A stretch of DNA of 32,000 nt from NCBI GenBank assembly GCA_001695645.1, contig LVZN01000004.1, positions 45,870 to 77,869 of the forward strand, in the 5' to 3' direction. The position numbers and the translations under genes are program-made. The notes below the pieces were generated by a model. It ran no database searches. It saw nothing but the letters and a program-made list of their open reading frames with translations, and was not told the origin of the DNA. This stretch comes from Erysipelotrichaceae bacterium MTC7. Lineage in GTDB: Bacteria > Bacillota_I > Bacilli_A > Erysipelotrichales > Erysipelotrichaceae. Position 1 is the first letter of the stretch, and every line of letters starts with the position of its first letter. Positions 1-9,768 of the stretch are shown piece after piece.

Positions 1-20
1 CAAGGGATTGCGAATGATAT

Positions 21-725
21 ATGAGCGAACTAAAAAAGGTTAGAAGCACCAGAACACAATTGGAAAGTCGTGGCTTTATTGAACATTTGGATATTTACCC
101 AAATAAACGCGAACGAGAAATCTCGATTGCAAATTTAAATGATAAACAAGCCATCAAACGTACCATTGCCGCAAAACATCTTTCTCTTTTTGTAAATGAG
201 GAAGAAATATGCAAGCTGTTACTGAAACGCTTAACCGTTGAAAAAGCACTATATACGCGAATGGAAATCTGTAAGTCCTTGCAATATGCAGACCAACAAG
301 TTGGCTTACTGATTCAATATTTAGCCGCCATTCCCAATAACCAATATACAAAGTTACCCAAACGTGTCACTAAAAAATCAAGTTACCCATTACCAAGAGA
401 TCTCATCGCAAGAACCCTTGGACGAATGGATATTGAAGTCTTACCAGAATTATTAAATACTTTAGTCATCAAACCACGTAAAGTCCAACGTGAGGCAATC
501 ATTGCCATTGGCTATCTTCTATACAACAATGACTTCAGTGATGAAATTGTCTTCAAAATTATTGAAGCAACGTATGACAATTCCAAAGATCCTGTGTATC
601 GTTGGAAAGTAATGATTGTGATGGGGCAACTGTTACCGTACAGTGAATCCTTCTTAAAAAGCATCAAAAACGATGGAAGTTTACGTTATAAAGAAGCACA
701 AAAAGCATTATCAAAAAAGGGATGA
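21..725 (+). CDS. hypothetical protein with HEAT/PBS-lyase-like helical repeats
   Basis: 234-aa ORF. An in-frame TGA at 15-17 places the N-terminus inside the window. Repeated helix-pair segments (LLKRLTVEKALYTRMEICKSL, RDLIARTLGRMDIEVLPELL, REAIIAIGYLL) resemble HEAT-like repeats. No catalytic motif recognised. Confidence 0.45.
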   Translation: MSELKKVRSTRTQLESRGFIEHLDIYPNKREREISIANLNDKQAIKRTIAAKHLSLFVNEEEICKLLLKRLTVEKALYTRMEICKSLQYADQQVGLLIQYLAAIPNNQYTKLPKRVTKKSSYPLPRDLIARTLGRMDIEVLPELLNTLVIKPRKVQREAIIAIGYLLYNNDFSDEIVFKIIEATYDNSKDPVYRWKVMIVMGQLLPYSESFLKSIKNDGSLRYKEAQKALSKKG

Positions 726-747
726 TTCCAGTCAATCATCCCTTTTC
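713..747. terminator. bidirectional rho-independent terminator between convergent genes
   Basis: Perfect 9-bp stem GGGATGATT (719-727) / AATCATCCC (734-742) with a 6-nt loop. It is flanked by A6 on the left and TTTT on the right, and lies between the stops of the + ORF (725) and deoC (753). Confidence 0.7.
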
Positions 748-752
748 TTATG

Positions 753-1433
753 TTATTCATGATGTCTTTTTCGATATTCTTCAATAATTGCAATACCAGC
801 ACTTGTACCAATACGACTTGCTCCTGCTTCTACCATGGCAAGTAGATCATCAAGTGTACGGATTCCACCCGCTGCTTTTACTGCAACGGCATCTCCTACC
901 GTTTTTTTCATTAAAGTCACATCTTCCAATGTCGCTCCAGCACTACCAAATCCAGTTGAAGTTTTCACAAAGTCAGGTTTTACACGTTTCGCAATTTTAC
1001 AAACAGCAATCTTTTCTTCATCTGTTAAATAACATGTTTCCAAGATTACTTTCACTAAAATTTGGTGGTTGCGACACACATCAACAATTTCTTGCATTTC
1101 TTGTTCAATGTATGCCAGATTACCAGCTTTGAGTTCTGTGATATTCATGACATAGTCAATTTCATCGCATCCATTAGCGATGGCATCACGCACTTCAAAC
1201 ACTTTGGTGGCAATGGTTGTTTGACCTAATGGAAAACCAATGGCTGCACCAACATGTACATTGCTACTTGCTAAATGCTTTGCACATTGTTTTACCGGAT
1301 ACGAATTAATCGCAACCATTTTAAATTGGTACGTTTTGGCTTCTTCACAAAGTTGTACAAAGTCTGCGTAGGTTGCAAATGGTTTCAATAAGGTATGATC
1401 AATCAATTGTGCAATTTCTTTTTCCTTCATCAT
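753..1433 (-). CDS. deoC: deoxyribose-phosphate aldolase (class I, DERA)
   Basis: 226 aa with the typical DERA layout: IDHTLLKP, VGAAIGFPLGQ, VKVILET, DFVKTSTGF (Schiff-base Lys context), KAAGGIRT. A second ATG at 1430 has better spacing to the GGAG RBS. Confidence 0.9.
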   Translation of the reverse strand: MMKEKEIAQLIDHTLLKPFATYADFVQLCEEAKTYQFKMVAINSYPVKQCAKHLASSNVHVGAAIGFPLGQTTIATKVFEVRDAIANGCDEIDYVMNITELKAGNLAYIEQEMQEIVDVCRNHQILVKVILETCYLTDEEKIAVCKIAKRVKPDFVKTSTGFGSAGATLEDVTLMKKTVGDAVAVKAAGGIRTLDDLLAMVEAGASRIGTSAGIAIIEEYRKRHHE

Positions 1434-1451
1434 ATCTCCACTTCCTTTCGC

Positions 1452-2303
1452 CTATTTTATAAACTCCTTAATCATCTCCAGTCGTGCAAGGGTATCATCG
1501 TATCCAAGTTGGAACCATCCTTTTAATTTTACAGGATCTTGCGTATAGCGCGTAATCCCATGATCTTCACTTGGACGCAAGACTAAAGCTTCTCCCGCTT
1601 TTTCTAATTCACTGACTTTATCCCATTGTTCTTGATAACGCACATGACGCAATTTCAAATCACGAGCCACATGTGGGTATTTACGATATTTCATTTTTGC
1701 TAAACATACTTGCCATCCTGGTGCTGGTTTTCGCACATATCCTTCTTCCTTTGTGGAAATGAAAATGTGTTTTTTATTTCCTTGACGAATGCTTTGTTCT
1801 ATCGGAATCATATCCACCAAACCAGCATCCATATACAAACCACCTAAATATTTGTATGGTTTTGTTAGCAACAATAAAGCACAACTAGCTTTGATTAGGG
1901 TTTGTGATTTATCCAAATACTCTTTCCCATAATATTCAACTGTCCCTTTTTCAATGTTGTACACCCCAATATCCAACTTGGTCCGACTTTTGTAAAACGT
2001 ATCGTAATCAAGTGGTGTTTTCTCTTCTAAAAAACGGAAGACCGCATCCAAGCCAAAGATTCCACCTTCTTTAAACAGGGGGCGCAAGCCAACTGCATCT
2101 TTTTGCGTTCCCGCTTCCACACCTGTAACTTCCAAACGATAGGGTTGTCTTGAAACATAAGGCAATAAGTTTTCTGCTCCTGCACTAATTCCTACAGAAT
2201 ATGGAAGTTTAATGTCATTATCCAATAGCGCTTTTAAGACACCGCTGGTATACGCTGCTTTGGTTCCTCCACCCTCGCAAATAATCCCAACATGTTGATT
2301 CAT
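1452..2303 (-). CDS. patatin-like phospholipase family protein
   Basis: 283 aa. Has an N-terminal oxyanion Gly-rich box (CEGGGTKAAYTSGVL), the GxSxG nucleophile (GISAGA) and a later DAG/Asp dyad candidate (YMDAGL). AGGAGG RBS 5 nt upstream. Confidence 0.8.
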   Translation of the reverse strand: MNQHVGIICEGGGTKAAYTSGVLKALLDNDIKLPYSVGISAGAENLLPYVSRQPYRLEVTGVEAGTQKDAVGLRPLFKEGGIFGLDAVFRFLEEKTPLDYDTFYKSRTKLDIGVYNIEKGTVEYYGKEYLDKSQTLIKASCALLLLTKPYKYLGGLYMDAGLVDMIPIEQSIRQGNKKHIFISTKEEGYVRKPAPGWQVCLAKMKYRKYPHVARDLKLRHVRYQEQWDKVSELEKAGEALVLRPSEDHGITRYTQDPVKLKGWFQLGYDDTLARLEMIKEFIK

Positions 2304-2312
2304 AAATTCCTC

Positions 2313-3848
2313 CTACATAAGTGGTGAGAAAACGTTGAGCACAGCACGAATGATTCGTACCACCAATTTCTCACTACGACAATATTCATACGTAACTTCT
2401 TGACTTACATTGAGCATTTCTAAATAGTCACGTTTAATATCTTCAATACAACTGCTTTTATAAAACCAAATTCCGCATTCATAGTGTAAGTAATACGAGC
2501 GGAAGTCCATATTACTTGTCCCAACAATGGCATATTTATCATCTGATACAAATGTCTTTGCATGCACAAAGCCTGGTGTATATTCATAAATTCGTACACC
2601 ATTTTCTGTCAATACTTCATAGTTGGAACGCGTTAGTTGAAAGACAACTTTTTTATCTGGAATGTGTGGACACAAAATACGCACATCCACACCATTTTTT
2701 GCGGCTAAAATTAACGCCGTTTTCATCTCTTGATCAATAACCAAATACGGTGTCGTAATGTATACGTAATCCGTGGCATTGTTGATCATATTGATGTGGG
2801 TATACTCCCCAACATTTTCTTCATCGGTTGGTGTGTCACTAAAAGGTTGCACCAACCCATCATTTGGATACATCTCAAACTCTTCTTCGGGTACTTTGAA
2901 ATCCTTATAGTTATCTTTTACCAAACTGCTATAATTCCAAAACTGTAAAAACATGAAGGTAAAACTCCAAACCGCTTCACCTTCAATCATCGCTCCTCCA
3001 TCTTTCCAATGGCCAAAGCGAACTTTTTTATTGATGTATTCATCTGCGATATTGATTCCTCCAGAAAAGGCAACCTTACCATCAATCACGGTAATTTTAC
3101 GGTGATCACGGTTATTCATTTGAATTGCAAGTCTTGGACGAATGGGATTAAACACATACGTTTTAATACCAAGAGCATTCAACTTTTTATCTGTTTTGTT
3201 TGGTAGTTTACTAGCACACCCAAAATCATCATAGATAAGGCGTACATCAACTCCGGCTTTTACTTTAGCTACAAGAATTTCTAAAATACTATCCCACATA
3301 TATCCTTCATCAATGATGAAGTATTCCATAAAGATAAATTTCTCAGCACGTTGCAGTTGCAACAACAATTCGGCAAAGTTTTCTTCACCAGTAGGAAAGA
3401 ACTTTGTTCGTGTTTTTCCATAGGGTGGAAATTGGCTTGCATTCCAAATGTAATTGATTTGTTTATAAGCTCCTTCATCGTTTTGCACTAAGTAGTGATA
3501 GAGTTCTTCATTTCCTTCAATATGACTCACCACATCGTTATGTAATACTGCATCACGTTCTCGTAGTTTTTTCGGTACTTTTCTTGCCCCAAACATCAAG
3601 TAAAAAAGCCAACCAAATACAGGAGCAATTAGAATTAGAACAGACCATGAGAGTTTATAAGATGGATTATCGTTTCGATTAATAACATAAAGTGCGGCTA
3701 GAATAGAAAACACATGAAAAATGGAATAGGCGTTAATGCTGAAAACGCTAAGAGTGTAAACCCCTAGCATTACAATTCCAAGTTGAATAATGATCAATAA
3801 TCCAACGATAACAATTTTATTGGTTAGTATTCGAAATAACTGTTTCAT
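2313..3848 (-). CDS. cls: cardiolipin synthase (PLD superfamily)
   Basis: 511 aa. Two N-terminal TM helices and two HKD motifs (HRKITVIDGKVAFSGGINIADEY and HAKTFVSDDKYAIVGTSNMDFRS). Confidence 0.9.
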   Translation of the reverse strand: MKQLFRILTNKIVIVGLLIIIQLGIVMLGVYTLSVFSINAYSIFHVFSILAALYVINRNDNPSYKLSWSVLILIAPVFGWLFYLMFGARKVPKKLRERDAVLHNDVVSHIEGNEELYHYLVQNDEGAYKQINYIWNASQFPPYGKTRTKFFPTGEENFAELLLQLQRAEKFIFMEYFIIDEGYMWDSILEILVAKVKAGVDVRLIYDDFGCASKLPNKTDKKLNALGIKTYVFNPIRPRLAIQMNNRDHRKITVIDGKVAFSGGINIADEYINKKVRFGHWKDGGAMIEGEAVWSFTFMFLQFWNYSSLVKDNYKDFKVPEEEFEMYPNDGLVQPFSDTPTDEENVGEYTHINMINNATDYVYITTPYLVIDQEMKTALILAAKNGVDVRILCPHIPDKKVVFQLTRSNYEVLTENGVRIYEYTPGFVHAKTFVSDDKYAIVGTSNMDFRSYYLHYECGIWFYKSSCIEDIKRDYLEMLNVSQEVTYEYCRSEKLVVRIIRAVLNVFSPLM

Positions 3849-3859
3849 CCTACCCCTTA

Positions 3860-4816
3860 TTATTTTTTACGTTTCGTAATAAATGAAATGAGTCCTTCGC
3901 TAATACGTTCTACCATTTCCATATTTACTTCGCGATCTTTACTTGTTGCTGTATGTTCAACCACAAGACTACCATCTTCATCAATACCTGTTGAAATCAT
4001 CATCGCTTTAGAGAAATCACGTAAGATTCCTTCCGCTTTACGATCGTCACCCATTTGCATCACTTCGATTGGTGTCGTTCCTTTATACGCTTTTTGCATA
4101 TCACGCGCTTCATTTTTTAGTCCGCGTCCGACTTGATAACTAATCACATCACCACGCCCAATACAATAAAGCATAATGATTGATGCACTCGCTTTGTTTT
4201 GTGCTGTTACATACTTTTGGAAAGCGACATTTCCATTACTTAGATGTACTTGGTTTCCATCTGTAAAAACAAACATAACTTCTTTACGTTCACTAGGACT
4301 TAAACGTTCTGCCATATCCAAGGCAATCGCAATGGACGCACTATTGTTTACATAGTTTTTCTTGTTGGCAGCACCTTGTACGATAAAGACAATCAAGATT
4401 GCTAAGTACACAAGCACCAATGGAAAAAAGTATGTAAGTACTGCTGTTGGCAAGAAACGTGGCACGATATAAAGCATTGCCAGTAAAATTAAATAGCCAA
4501 CAATCATCGGCACAAAACGCGGTAAAAACATTCGTTTCATTTGTTTGTATCCATCTTGTGGATAGATTTTATTTGAGAACCAGAATACCTTTGGTGGTGT
4601 ATTGTATGGCACTACAAACACGTATTTTGCTTGTTTGATGCTTCCCACTAACACATTGTTTACGCGCGATAATTTCACGCGTTGACTTTGTGTTTCTACA
4701 TGATAACCCAGTTGTTCAAAGTCAGTTGTAATCGCTTGACGGAATCTACGTTTTTGTCCACTTCGAAAGCGGCATCCGTATGTATCCATGTATTTCTTTG
4801 CAATATCGTTTAACAT
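3860..4816 (-). CDS. hypothetical integral membrane protein
   Basis: The ORF track starts at 4852, but the ATG at 4816 (MLNDIAKK...) has a GGAGG RBS 5 nt upstream. It has a central block of about 3 hydrophobic helices between two soluble domains. No confident family assignment. Confidence 0.5.
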   Translation of the reverse strand: MLNDIAKKYMDTYGCRFRSGQKRRFRQAITTDFEQLGYHVETQSQRVKLSRVNNVLVGSIKQAKYVFVVPYNTPPKVFWFSNKIYPQDGYKQMKRMFLPRFVPMIVGYLILLAMLYIVPRFLPTAVLTYFFPLVLVYLAILIVFIVQGAANKKNYVNNSASIAIALDMAERLSPSERKEVMFVFTDGNQVHLSNGNVAFQKYVTAQNKASASIIMLYCIGRGDVISYQVGRGLKNEARDMQKAYKGTTPIEVMQMGDDRKAEGILRDFSKAMMISTGIDEDGSLVVEHTATSKDREVNMEMVERISEGLISFITKRKK

Positions 4817-4915
4817 AAATTCCTCCATATATACTTGATTATTATACAACAATTAGGCTTAAACCTAAAGCAAATCAATATTTTGTGACTGAACTTTACC
4901 TGAATATTTATGTAC

Positions 4916-4966
4916 AAAAAGAGTCATTTGCAGCATCAGTTAAACCATCTACAAACCACTCTTTTT
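4916..4966 (-). terminator. possible weak terminator after nanE
   Basis: AAAAAGAGT (4916-4924) pairs with ACTCTTTTT (4958-4966). The stem is AT-rich and the loop is long (about 33 nt), so this is weak. Confidence 0.3.
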
Positions 4967-4977
4967 ATCGTTCATTT

Positions 4978-5649
4978 TTATTTTCCTTCAATTGCGGCAA
5001 CAAATGTTTCCGTAATTTGTTTTGGACGAGTAATCGCTCCCCCAACTACTGCACTATGAACACCAAGGGCAAACACTTTCGCTAAATCTTCAGGTGTGTT
5101 GATTTTCCCTTCAGCGATCACTGGTGTATGGAGTTCATCAACCAAACGTTTAGTTAATTCAAAGTTTGGACCATCCACCTTTTTACTATATGGTGTATAT
5201 CCACATAAGGTTGTCGAAATACAATCAAAACCAATCCGTTCCGCTTCTTGACACTCTTCAAATGTTGAACAGTCCGCCATAGCAAGCACACCATGCTCAT
5301 GAATGTAATTCACCAAATCTTGAATTGATTCTCCATGTGGGCGTGTTCGATTGGTTGCATCAAGTGCAATCATTTCACAGCCTGTACTTAAGAGCTCATC
5401 GACTTCTTTTTTTGTCGGTGTAATGTAAATATCACTATCATCATAGTTGCGTTTGACAATACCGATCACAGGTAAATTCACAACTTTGCGGATTTCATCG
5501 ATATCTTCTTTACTTTGCGCACGAATGCCGGCCGCACCACCTTGAAAAGCAGCTAGCGCCATTCGTCCCATAATGAATGATGAGTGTAGTGGTTCATCAG
5601 GTAGCGCCTGACAAGAGACTACAAGTTTTCCTTTAATTTTATCTAACAT
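4978..5649 (-). CDS. nanE: N-acetylmannosamine-6-phosphate 2-epimerase
   Basis: 223 aa with the typical NanE sequence: GKLVVSCQALPDEPLH, GGAAGIRA, LPVIGIVKRNY, IALDAT, VVGGAITRP. GGAGG RBS. Confidence 0.85.
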   Translation of the reverse strand: MLDKIKGKLVVSCQALPDEPLHSSFIMGRMALAAFQGGAAGIRAQSKEDIDEIRKVVNLPVIGIVKRNYDDSDIYITPTKKEVDELLSTGCEMIALDATNRTRPHGESIQDLVNYIHEHGVLAMADCSTFEECQEAERIGFDCISTTLCGYTPYSKKVDGPNFELTKRLVDELHTPVIAEGKINTPEDLAKVFALGVHSAVVGGAITRPKQITETFVAAIEGK

Positions 5650-5678
5650 GTTTCCTCCATCTTATTGACCTTATTATA

Positions 5679-6416
5679 CTACCCGCGGACACTTAGGTCT
5701 ACGGAATATGAATATCTCTCTCCAGGGTAATAACAAAGAGAATACTCAATCACTTGACCTTCTTCATCAAAGGATGTTCTCTCTCGAAAAAAGATTGGAC
5801 TATCTGGTTGAACTTCTAGCTTGTCTGCAATGTCTGCGCTAGCAAGTCGAGCTTCAAACGTTTCATGCACCCGCACTGGACGGCGAATTCCAACTTCATC
5901 AAAAACCTCATACATCGATTCTTGATATTTTTCAGGTTCCAACGGGAAGTCATAACTTCCTGGTAAATATGTGTGAAAATACACAATGGGAATACCATCA
6001 CCGCAACGTACACGTTCTAGTACGTATAACGTATCACCAAGTTGCACATCAAAGATACTAGCTGTTAATTCATCAGCTTCGACCTTTTTAATGGTAACAC
6101 TTTTTGTTGAAGGCGTAATCCCGCGATCTTCCATCTCTTTGGTAAAAGATTTGATTTCATAGAGAAACTCATTGATCTTATCATCATAAATAACTTTTGT
6201 TCCTTTACCACGATGACGTGATACATAACCTTCTTTTTCCAACTCTAAAATTGCTTGGCGAACCGTAATGCGACTCACTTTATATTTTTTTTCTAAATCA
6301 AGTTCTCCTGGAATAATTTCGTTCTTTTTGTATTCTTTGGATTCAATCATTTCCTTGATATGATTTTTTATTTGAATATAGAGCGGCGGTGCTCCCTTTG
6401 CGTAATTTAATTTCAT
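5679..6416 (-). CDS. GntR family transcriptional regulator, HutC/UTRA subfamily
   Basis: 245 aa. N-terminal winged HTH (LPGELDLEKKYKVSRITVRQAILELEKEGYV) plus a C-terminal UTRA-like effector domain. Its AAGGAG RBS sits in the last codons of the upstream gene, with a 1-nt gap. Confidence 0.85.
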   Translation of the reverse strand: MKLNYAKGAPPLYIQIKNHIKEMIESKEYKKNEIIPGELDLEKKYKVSRITVRQAILELEKEGYVSRHRGKGTKVIYDDKINEFLYEIKSFTKEMEDRGITPSTKSVTIKKVEADELTASIFDVQLGDTLYVLERVRCGDGIPIVYFHTYLPGSYDFPLEPEKYQESMYEVFDEVGIRRPVRVHETFEARLASADIADKLEVQPDSPIFFRERTSFDEEGQVIEYSLCYYPGERYSYSVDLSVRG

Positions 6417-6417
6417 G

Positions 6418-8160
6418 TTAACTCCTTACGTATGCTTTAATTACCTTTATTGTATCACCAATAGAGCGTCCTGTTGGTGCAATTGTGTATTTTTTTACAT
6501 TTGCAGGGATAATAAATGTTTCCGCATAGTGCACTTCAAATGGTTCAAACTCACCATCTGGGCTAGAAATCAAGGCTTCCTTACCTTCTACAAGGTTCAA
6601 CATATGAACAGTATTGTTGGTTTCATGAAGTGATGGTTGATCAAAGCTATATCGTCGCGTTTCAATGAATTCCAATTCATGAAGTCCTGTATGTTCTACT
6701 GTTGCATCTTGTCGTTCTGTTTCCACTGGATAAAAAGCATTGACTAAATGTTCTTTTACCCATGGTGTCGTACGATTCCATTGAATTACTTTTTCTCCGT
6801 GATCAATGTGTACTGGACGTGGCAATCCATCCATTCCTAAACGATCCCAGTCCCAAAGTTTAAATGTGAAAATGTATGGAGTTGCACTAATTTCTAGTAC
6901 CATAGCTCCGGTTCCACTACAGTGACATGTTCCGGCAGGAATTAAGTAATGATCGTGTTTTTTTGCTGGAAACTTATTGATGTAGGCTTCTGCATCAAAT
7001 GAGTTATCGCCACGATTGGCTTTACGTAAATCACCAATCATCGCTTTTGGTTCAATTCCTTCTTTTAATCCTAGGTAGACCGTTGCATCTTCTTTAGCAT
7101 CTAGAATGTAGTAACTTTCATCTTGGGTATAACTAATTCCAAATTGTTTTTTCGCATATTCGGTTAACGGGTGTACTTGTAAGGATAGGTTTTGTCCTTC
7201 CATCGTATCTAAAAAGTCAAAACGAATTGGAAATTCTGCTCCAAATCGTGAGAACACTTGTGGTCCAAGCAGTTCTTGTGGTCGAAGCAAGACAACATCC
7301 ATTGCTGGAAATTCTAAGCTTGTTCCTGCAAAGTCAAACAAGACAGAGTTTTCTTCTGGTACACCATCAAAGCTCCAAGCATAGTTTGGTGCATCCTCTG
7401 GCAGTCCACATACTTCTTTCATCCATTGACCACCCCATACACCCGGATCAAAGTATGGAACCGTTCGAAATGGCGTTTTTACCACAGCATCTAATGCATC
7501 ATCCATCGCTTGTTTTGTAATCATTTTTGGTTCATCTACTTTGTTGGTATCGATAAAGTAATCGATGCGATCAAAGTATTTTACTTTGTGTTTATCTGCA
7601 ATTCGCCATTCAAAGAAATATCCACGTTTGAATTTGCGCAATTGATCTTCATTTGGGTTATCCGCTTTAAAGTTTGGCATGCCTTTACGCATACGCATTT
7701 GAATTTCCCAACGCGCCATATCTAAATAGATGGCAACATCATAGTCTTCAACTAAATATGCACCAAACCCATACACCAAAACAAGCCCCTCAGTTTCTTT
7801 AATTGTTTCTTTGGCTTTTTCTAATTTATCTACATCGATAAAATCGGTGATTTTTCCATAATACATATTCCCAAAGACGCGATCATCTGTCATTTGGTAT
7901 TTGATTTGTTCATTAATGGTTTTGCTATCTTTAAATATATCATTCATTTCAATGATCAAAGTTGGTTGTAATTTTTTTAGTTGAGGCAATACTTCTTCAT
8001 CGTATACACCTGGGTACGTATCAACGGCAACAACATGTTTACCAGCAACTACGTTAACTAACTTACTAACAATTGCATCCCAACCAGTAATGGCAGTATG
8101 TCCATTTACTTTTGTTTTGGGAAAACGATCGTAGTGTGATTCAAAGTCTAAGTATTTCAT
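6418..8160 (-). CDS. long (580 aa) class I phosphomannose-isomerase-like protein with an unassigned N-terminal domain of about 230 aa
   Basis: The C-terminal two-thirds carries the type I PMI metal-site motifs in order: LSLQVHP (Gln/His), ESYYILDA (Glu), LIPAGTCHCSG (His). I do not recognise the N-terminal region. Confidence 0.65.
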   Translation of the reverse strand: MKYLDFESHYDRFPKTKVNGHTAITGWDAIVSKLVNVVAGKHVVAVDTYPGVYDEEVLPQLKKLQPTLIIEMNDIFKDSKTINEQIKYQMTDDRVFGNMYYGKITDFIDVDKLEKAKETIKETEGLVLVYGFGAYLVEDYDVAIYLDMARWEIQMRMRKGMPNFKADNPNEDQLRKFKRGYFFEWRIADKHKVKYFDRIDYFIDTNKVDEPKMITKQAMDDALDAVVKTPFRTVPYFDPGVWGGQWMKEVCGLPEDAPNYAWSFDGVPEENSVLFDFAGTSLEFPAMDVVLLRPQELLGPQVFSRFGAEFPIRFDFLDTMEGQNLSLQVHPLTEYAKKQFGISYTQDESYYILDAKEDATVYLGLKEGIEPKAMIGDLRKANRGDNSFDAEAYINKFPAKKHDHYLIPAGTCHCSGTGAMVLEISATPYIFTFKLWDWDRLGMDGLPRPVHIDHGEKVIQWNRTTPWVKEHLVNAFYPVETERQDATVEHTGLHELEFIETRRYSFDQPSLHETNNTVHMLNLVEGKEALISSPDGEFEPFEVHYAETFIIPANVKKYTIAPTGRSIGDTIKVIKAYVRS

Positions 8161-8162
8161 GA

Positions 8163-8717
8163 TTATCTCTCCTCAATGATTAGTTCATTATCTTTTTTAA
8201 ATACACGAGCGGTAAACGGATGTTTTTCAACACGGGCATAATCATGTCCAGCTGTTGATGGCCAACACGCTACGACTTTCATTGGTACATCCCCTGTGCA
8301 AATCAATCGATGTGCAAGATTTCCTGCAATGTAATGCAATGAGCCAGGAAATACTTTCTCAGCAACAATTTCACCTTGTCCATCCATCAACATAAGCAAA
8401 CCTTCGCCACTCAGCCCTTGATAGAATTCTGCACAACCTTCATCTTCATGAAAGTGACCGCGCGTCATATTGCATTCACCATTAACCAGTACGGGTTCTA
8501 ATATGGACAATCCCCAAATTAAGTTTCCTTGTTCATTTGGATCTCCAACTTGGTACGAATACACGGTGTACATGCATACATCATCAGCAAGATTTACATC
8601 TTCGTTTGCATAAAATGATTTTGCATCTTTGTACAATTTCACAGTTTTCTTTACATCTTTTCCCTCGATGATGCCATCAGGGACACGGTGTGTCGCTTTT
8701 GGTTCTACGATTTTCAT
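8163..8717 (-). CDS. cupin-type sugar-phosphate isomerase (archaeal-type PGI family, divergent)
   Basis: 184 aa. TRGHFH-x6-EFY matches the TxGHxH...ExY cupin-PGI signature. The second motif is degenerate (IAGNLAHRLI instead of PPxxxHxxxN). Confidence 0.6.
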   Translation of the reverse strand: MKIVEPKATHRVPDGIIEGKDVKKTVKLYKDAKSFYANEDVNLADDVCMYTVYSYQVGDPNEQGNLIWGLSILEPVLVNGECNMTRGHFHEDEGCAEFYQGLSGEGLLMLMDGQGEIVAEKVFPGSLHYIAGNLAHRLICTGDVPMKVVACWPSTAGHDYARVEKHPFTARVFKKDNELIIEER

Positions 8718-8741
8718 TTTTCACCTCTCAACTTTTTCTTT

Positions 8742-9524
8742 CTATTCAAATGATTGATCCATCGCTTGCCATACCGATGTTGCAAGCGATGGTTTAGACA
8801 CAAATAAGAATTTATCAGGATTTTCAATAAACTGTTCATAAATTGGTACACCTGAAGTGATATTTAATTCCGGATAGTCTCTTGCTTCTTTAATTTGCAA
8901 ATCTCCAGTTTTATAGTGTTCGTTAAACTTCCAGACAATTGTTTCTTCTTCAACCTCTGGGAAAAATGCGATACCTTTGTGTTCACGAACCGCTTGATAA
9001 TCAAAGCCATAATCTTTTACACACCATGCACCAAAGGTCATGTTGCTTGAAATATCCGCATTGATGGTGGCATGCACCCAGCCTGGTGGCACAACAACCA
9101 CATCTCCAGCTTTTGCATGCACCGCATAACAACTTCCTGCATCATCAGCCCCAGATTTTTGCATGTAAATATAAGCTTCACCTTCCCAGATTTCATACAC
9201 TTCACATGTTGAGCAATTGCAACTCGGTGAAGTTGCATGGATATGCCCTTGCGAACGCACCGGTTCTTTCCCAATTTGTCCTTTGCTGTAAGTAACACTA
9301 CCAAACAATAGGTTTCGCTCATCCAATCGTTGACGATCTTGCTTACGATACACATCCATCGCAATACAATATAACTCTTCAGGACCTGTTGCTTTTGGAT
9401 CTTGCAAAGAACTACGAATATCATCGAGTCTTCGTATTTCTGGCTTAGGTCCAATCACATCTTTTCCGTACATAAAATCCATTTTGCCGTGTTGCACACG
9501 AACATCAATACCAAAGTTTTTCAT
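8742..9524 (-). CDS. cupin-type glucose-6-phosphate isomerase family protein
   Basis: 260 aa. Both cupin-PGI signatures are present: SQGHIH-x11-EVY and PPGWVHATIN (PPxxxHxxxN). Confidence 0.7.
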   Translation of the reverse strand: MKNFGIDVRVQHGKMDFMYGKDVIGPKPEIRRLDDIRSSLQDPKATGPEELYCIAMDVYRKQDRQRLDERNLLFGSVTYSKGQIGKEPVRSQGHIHATSPSCNCSTCEVYEIWEGEAYIYMQKSGADDAGSCYAVHAKAGDVVVVPPGWVHATINADISSNMTFGAWCVKDYGFDYQAVREHKGIAFFPEVEEETIVWKFNEHYKTGDLQIKEARDYPELNITSGVPIYEQFIENPDKFLFVSKPSLATSVWQAMDQSFE

Positions 9525-9582
9525 GTCCCATCCTTTCTTTGTATCTAAAAGAATTAGTCTTTCTCATACTCTATCTATCCAT

Positions 9583-9611
9583 ATGTTATAACATTATAAT
9601 CTTGAAGTCAA
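9583..9611 (-). promoter_or_regulatory. candidate sigmaA promoter of the isomerase/GntR/nanE operon, overlapping a perfect palindrome
   Basis: On the minus strand: TTGACT (9606-9611), 17 nt, TAACAT (9583-9588). The -10 is the left half of the 12-bp perfect palindrome ATGTTATAACAT (9583-9594), 59 nt upstream of the ATG at 9524. Confidence 0.4.
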
Positions 9612-9713
9612 TCCCTCTGCCAAATTCTTTTCATTCCCTACTTTCACATATCTTTTTTCAGCGTTTTCCTTGTTCATATTTACATAACATTTCTGCTTCA
9701 TTACACGTATTTA

Positions 9714-9722
9714 TGTTATAAT
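9714..9722 (+). promoter_or_regulatory. extended -10 promoter element for the GT14-like gene
   Basis: TGTTATAAT is a perfect TGnTATAAT, 47 nt upstream of the ATG at 9769. The -35 is weak. The element overlaps a half-site (ATGTTAT) of the palindrome family. Confidence 0.45.
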
Positions 9723-9768
9723 AAATCTATCTAAAATCCCTTAAAATAGGGAGAAAGTGAGGTTTTAT

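Noticed and set aside
3860-4816. Faint resemblance of the membrane protein's two soluble halves to an M28-type aminopeptidase layout (NVLVGS...VVPYNT; NNSASIAIALDMAERL...FVFTDGNQ).
   Set aside because: The expected metal-ligand residues are not present, and the match is only my visual impression. This is not enough to support a call.
4853-4868. Imperfect palindrome TTAGGCTTAAACCTAA upstream of the membrane protein gene.
   Set aside because: It has two mismatches, no repeat elsewhere in the window, and no associated regulator. The evidence is insufficient.
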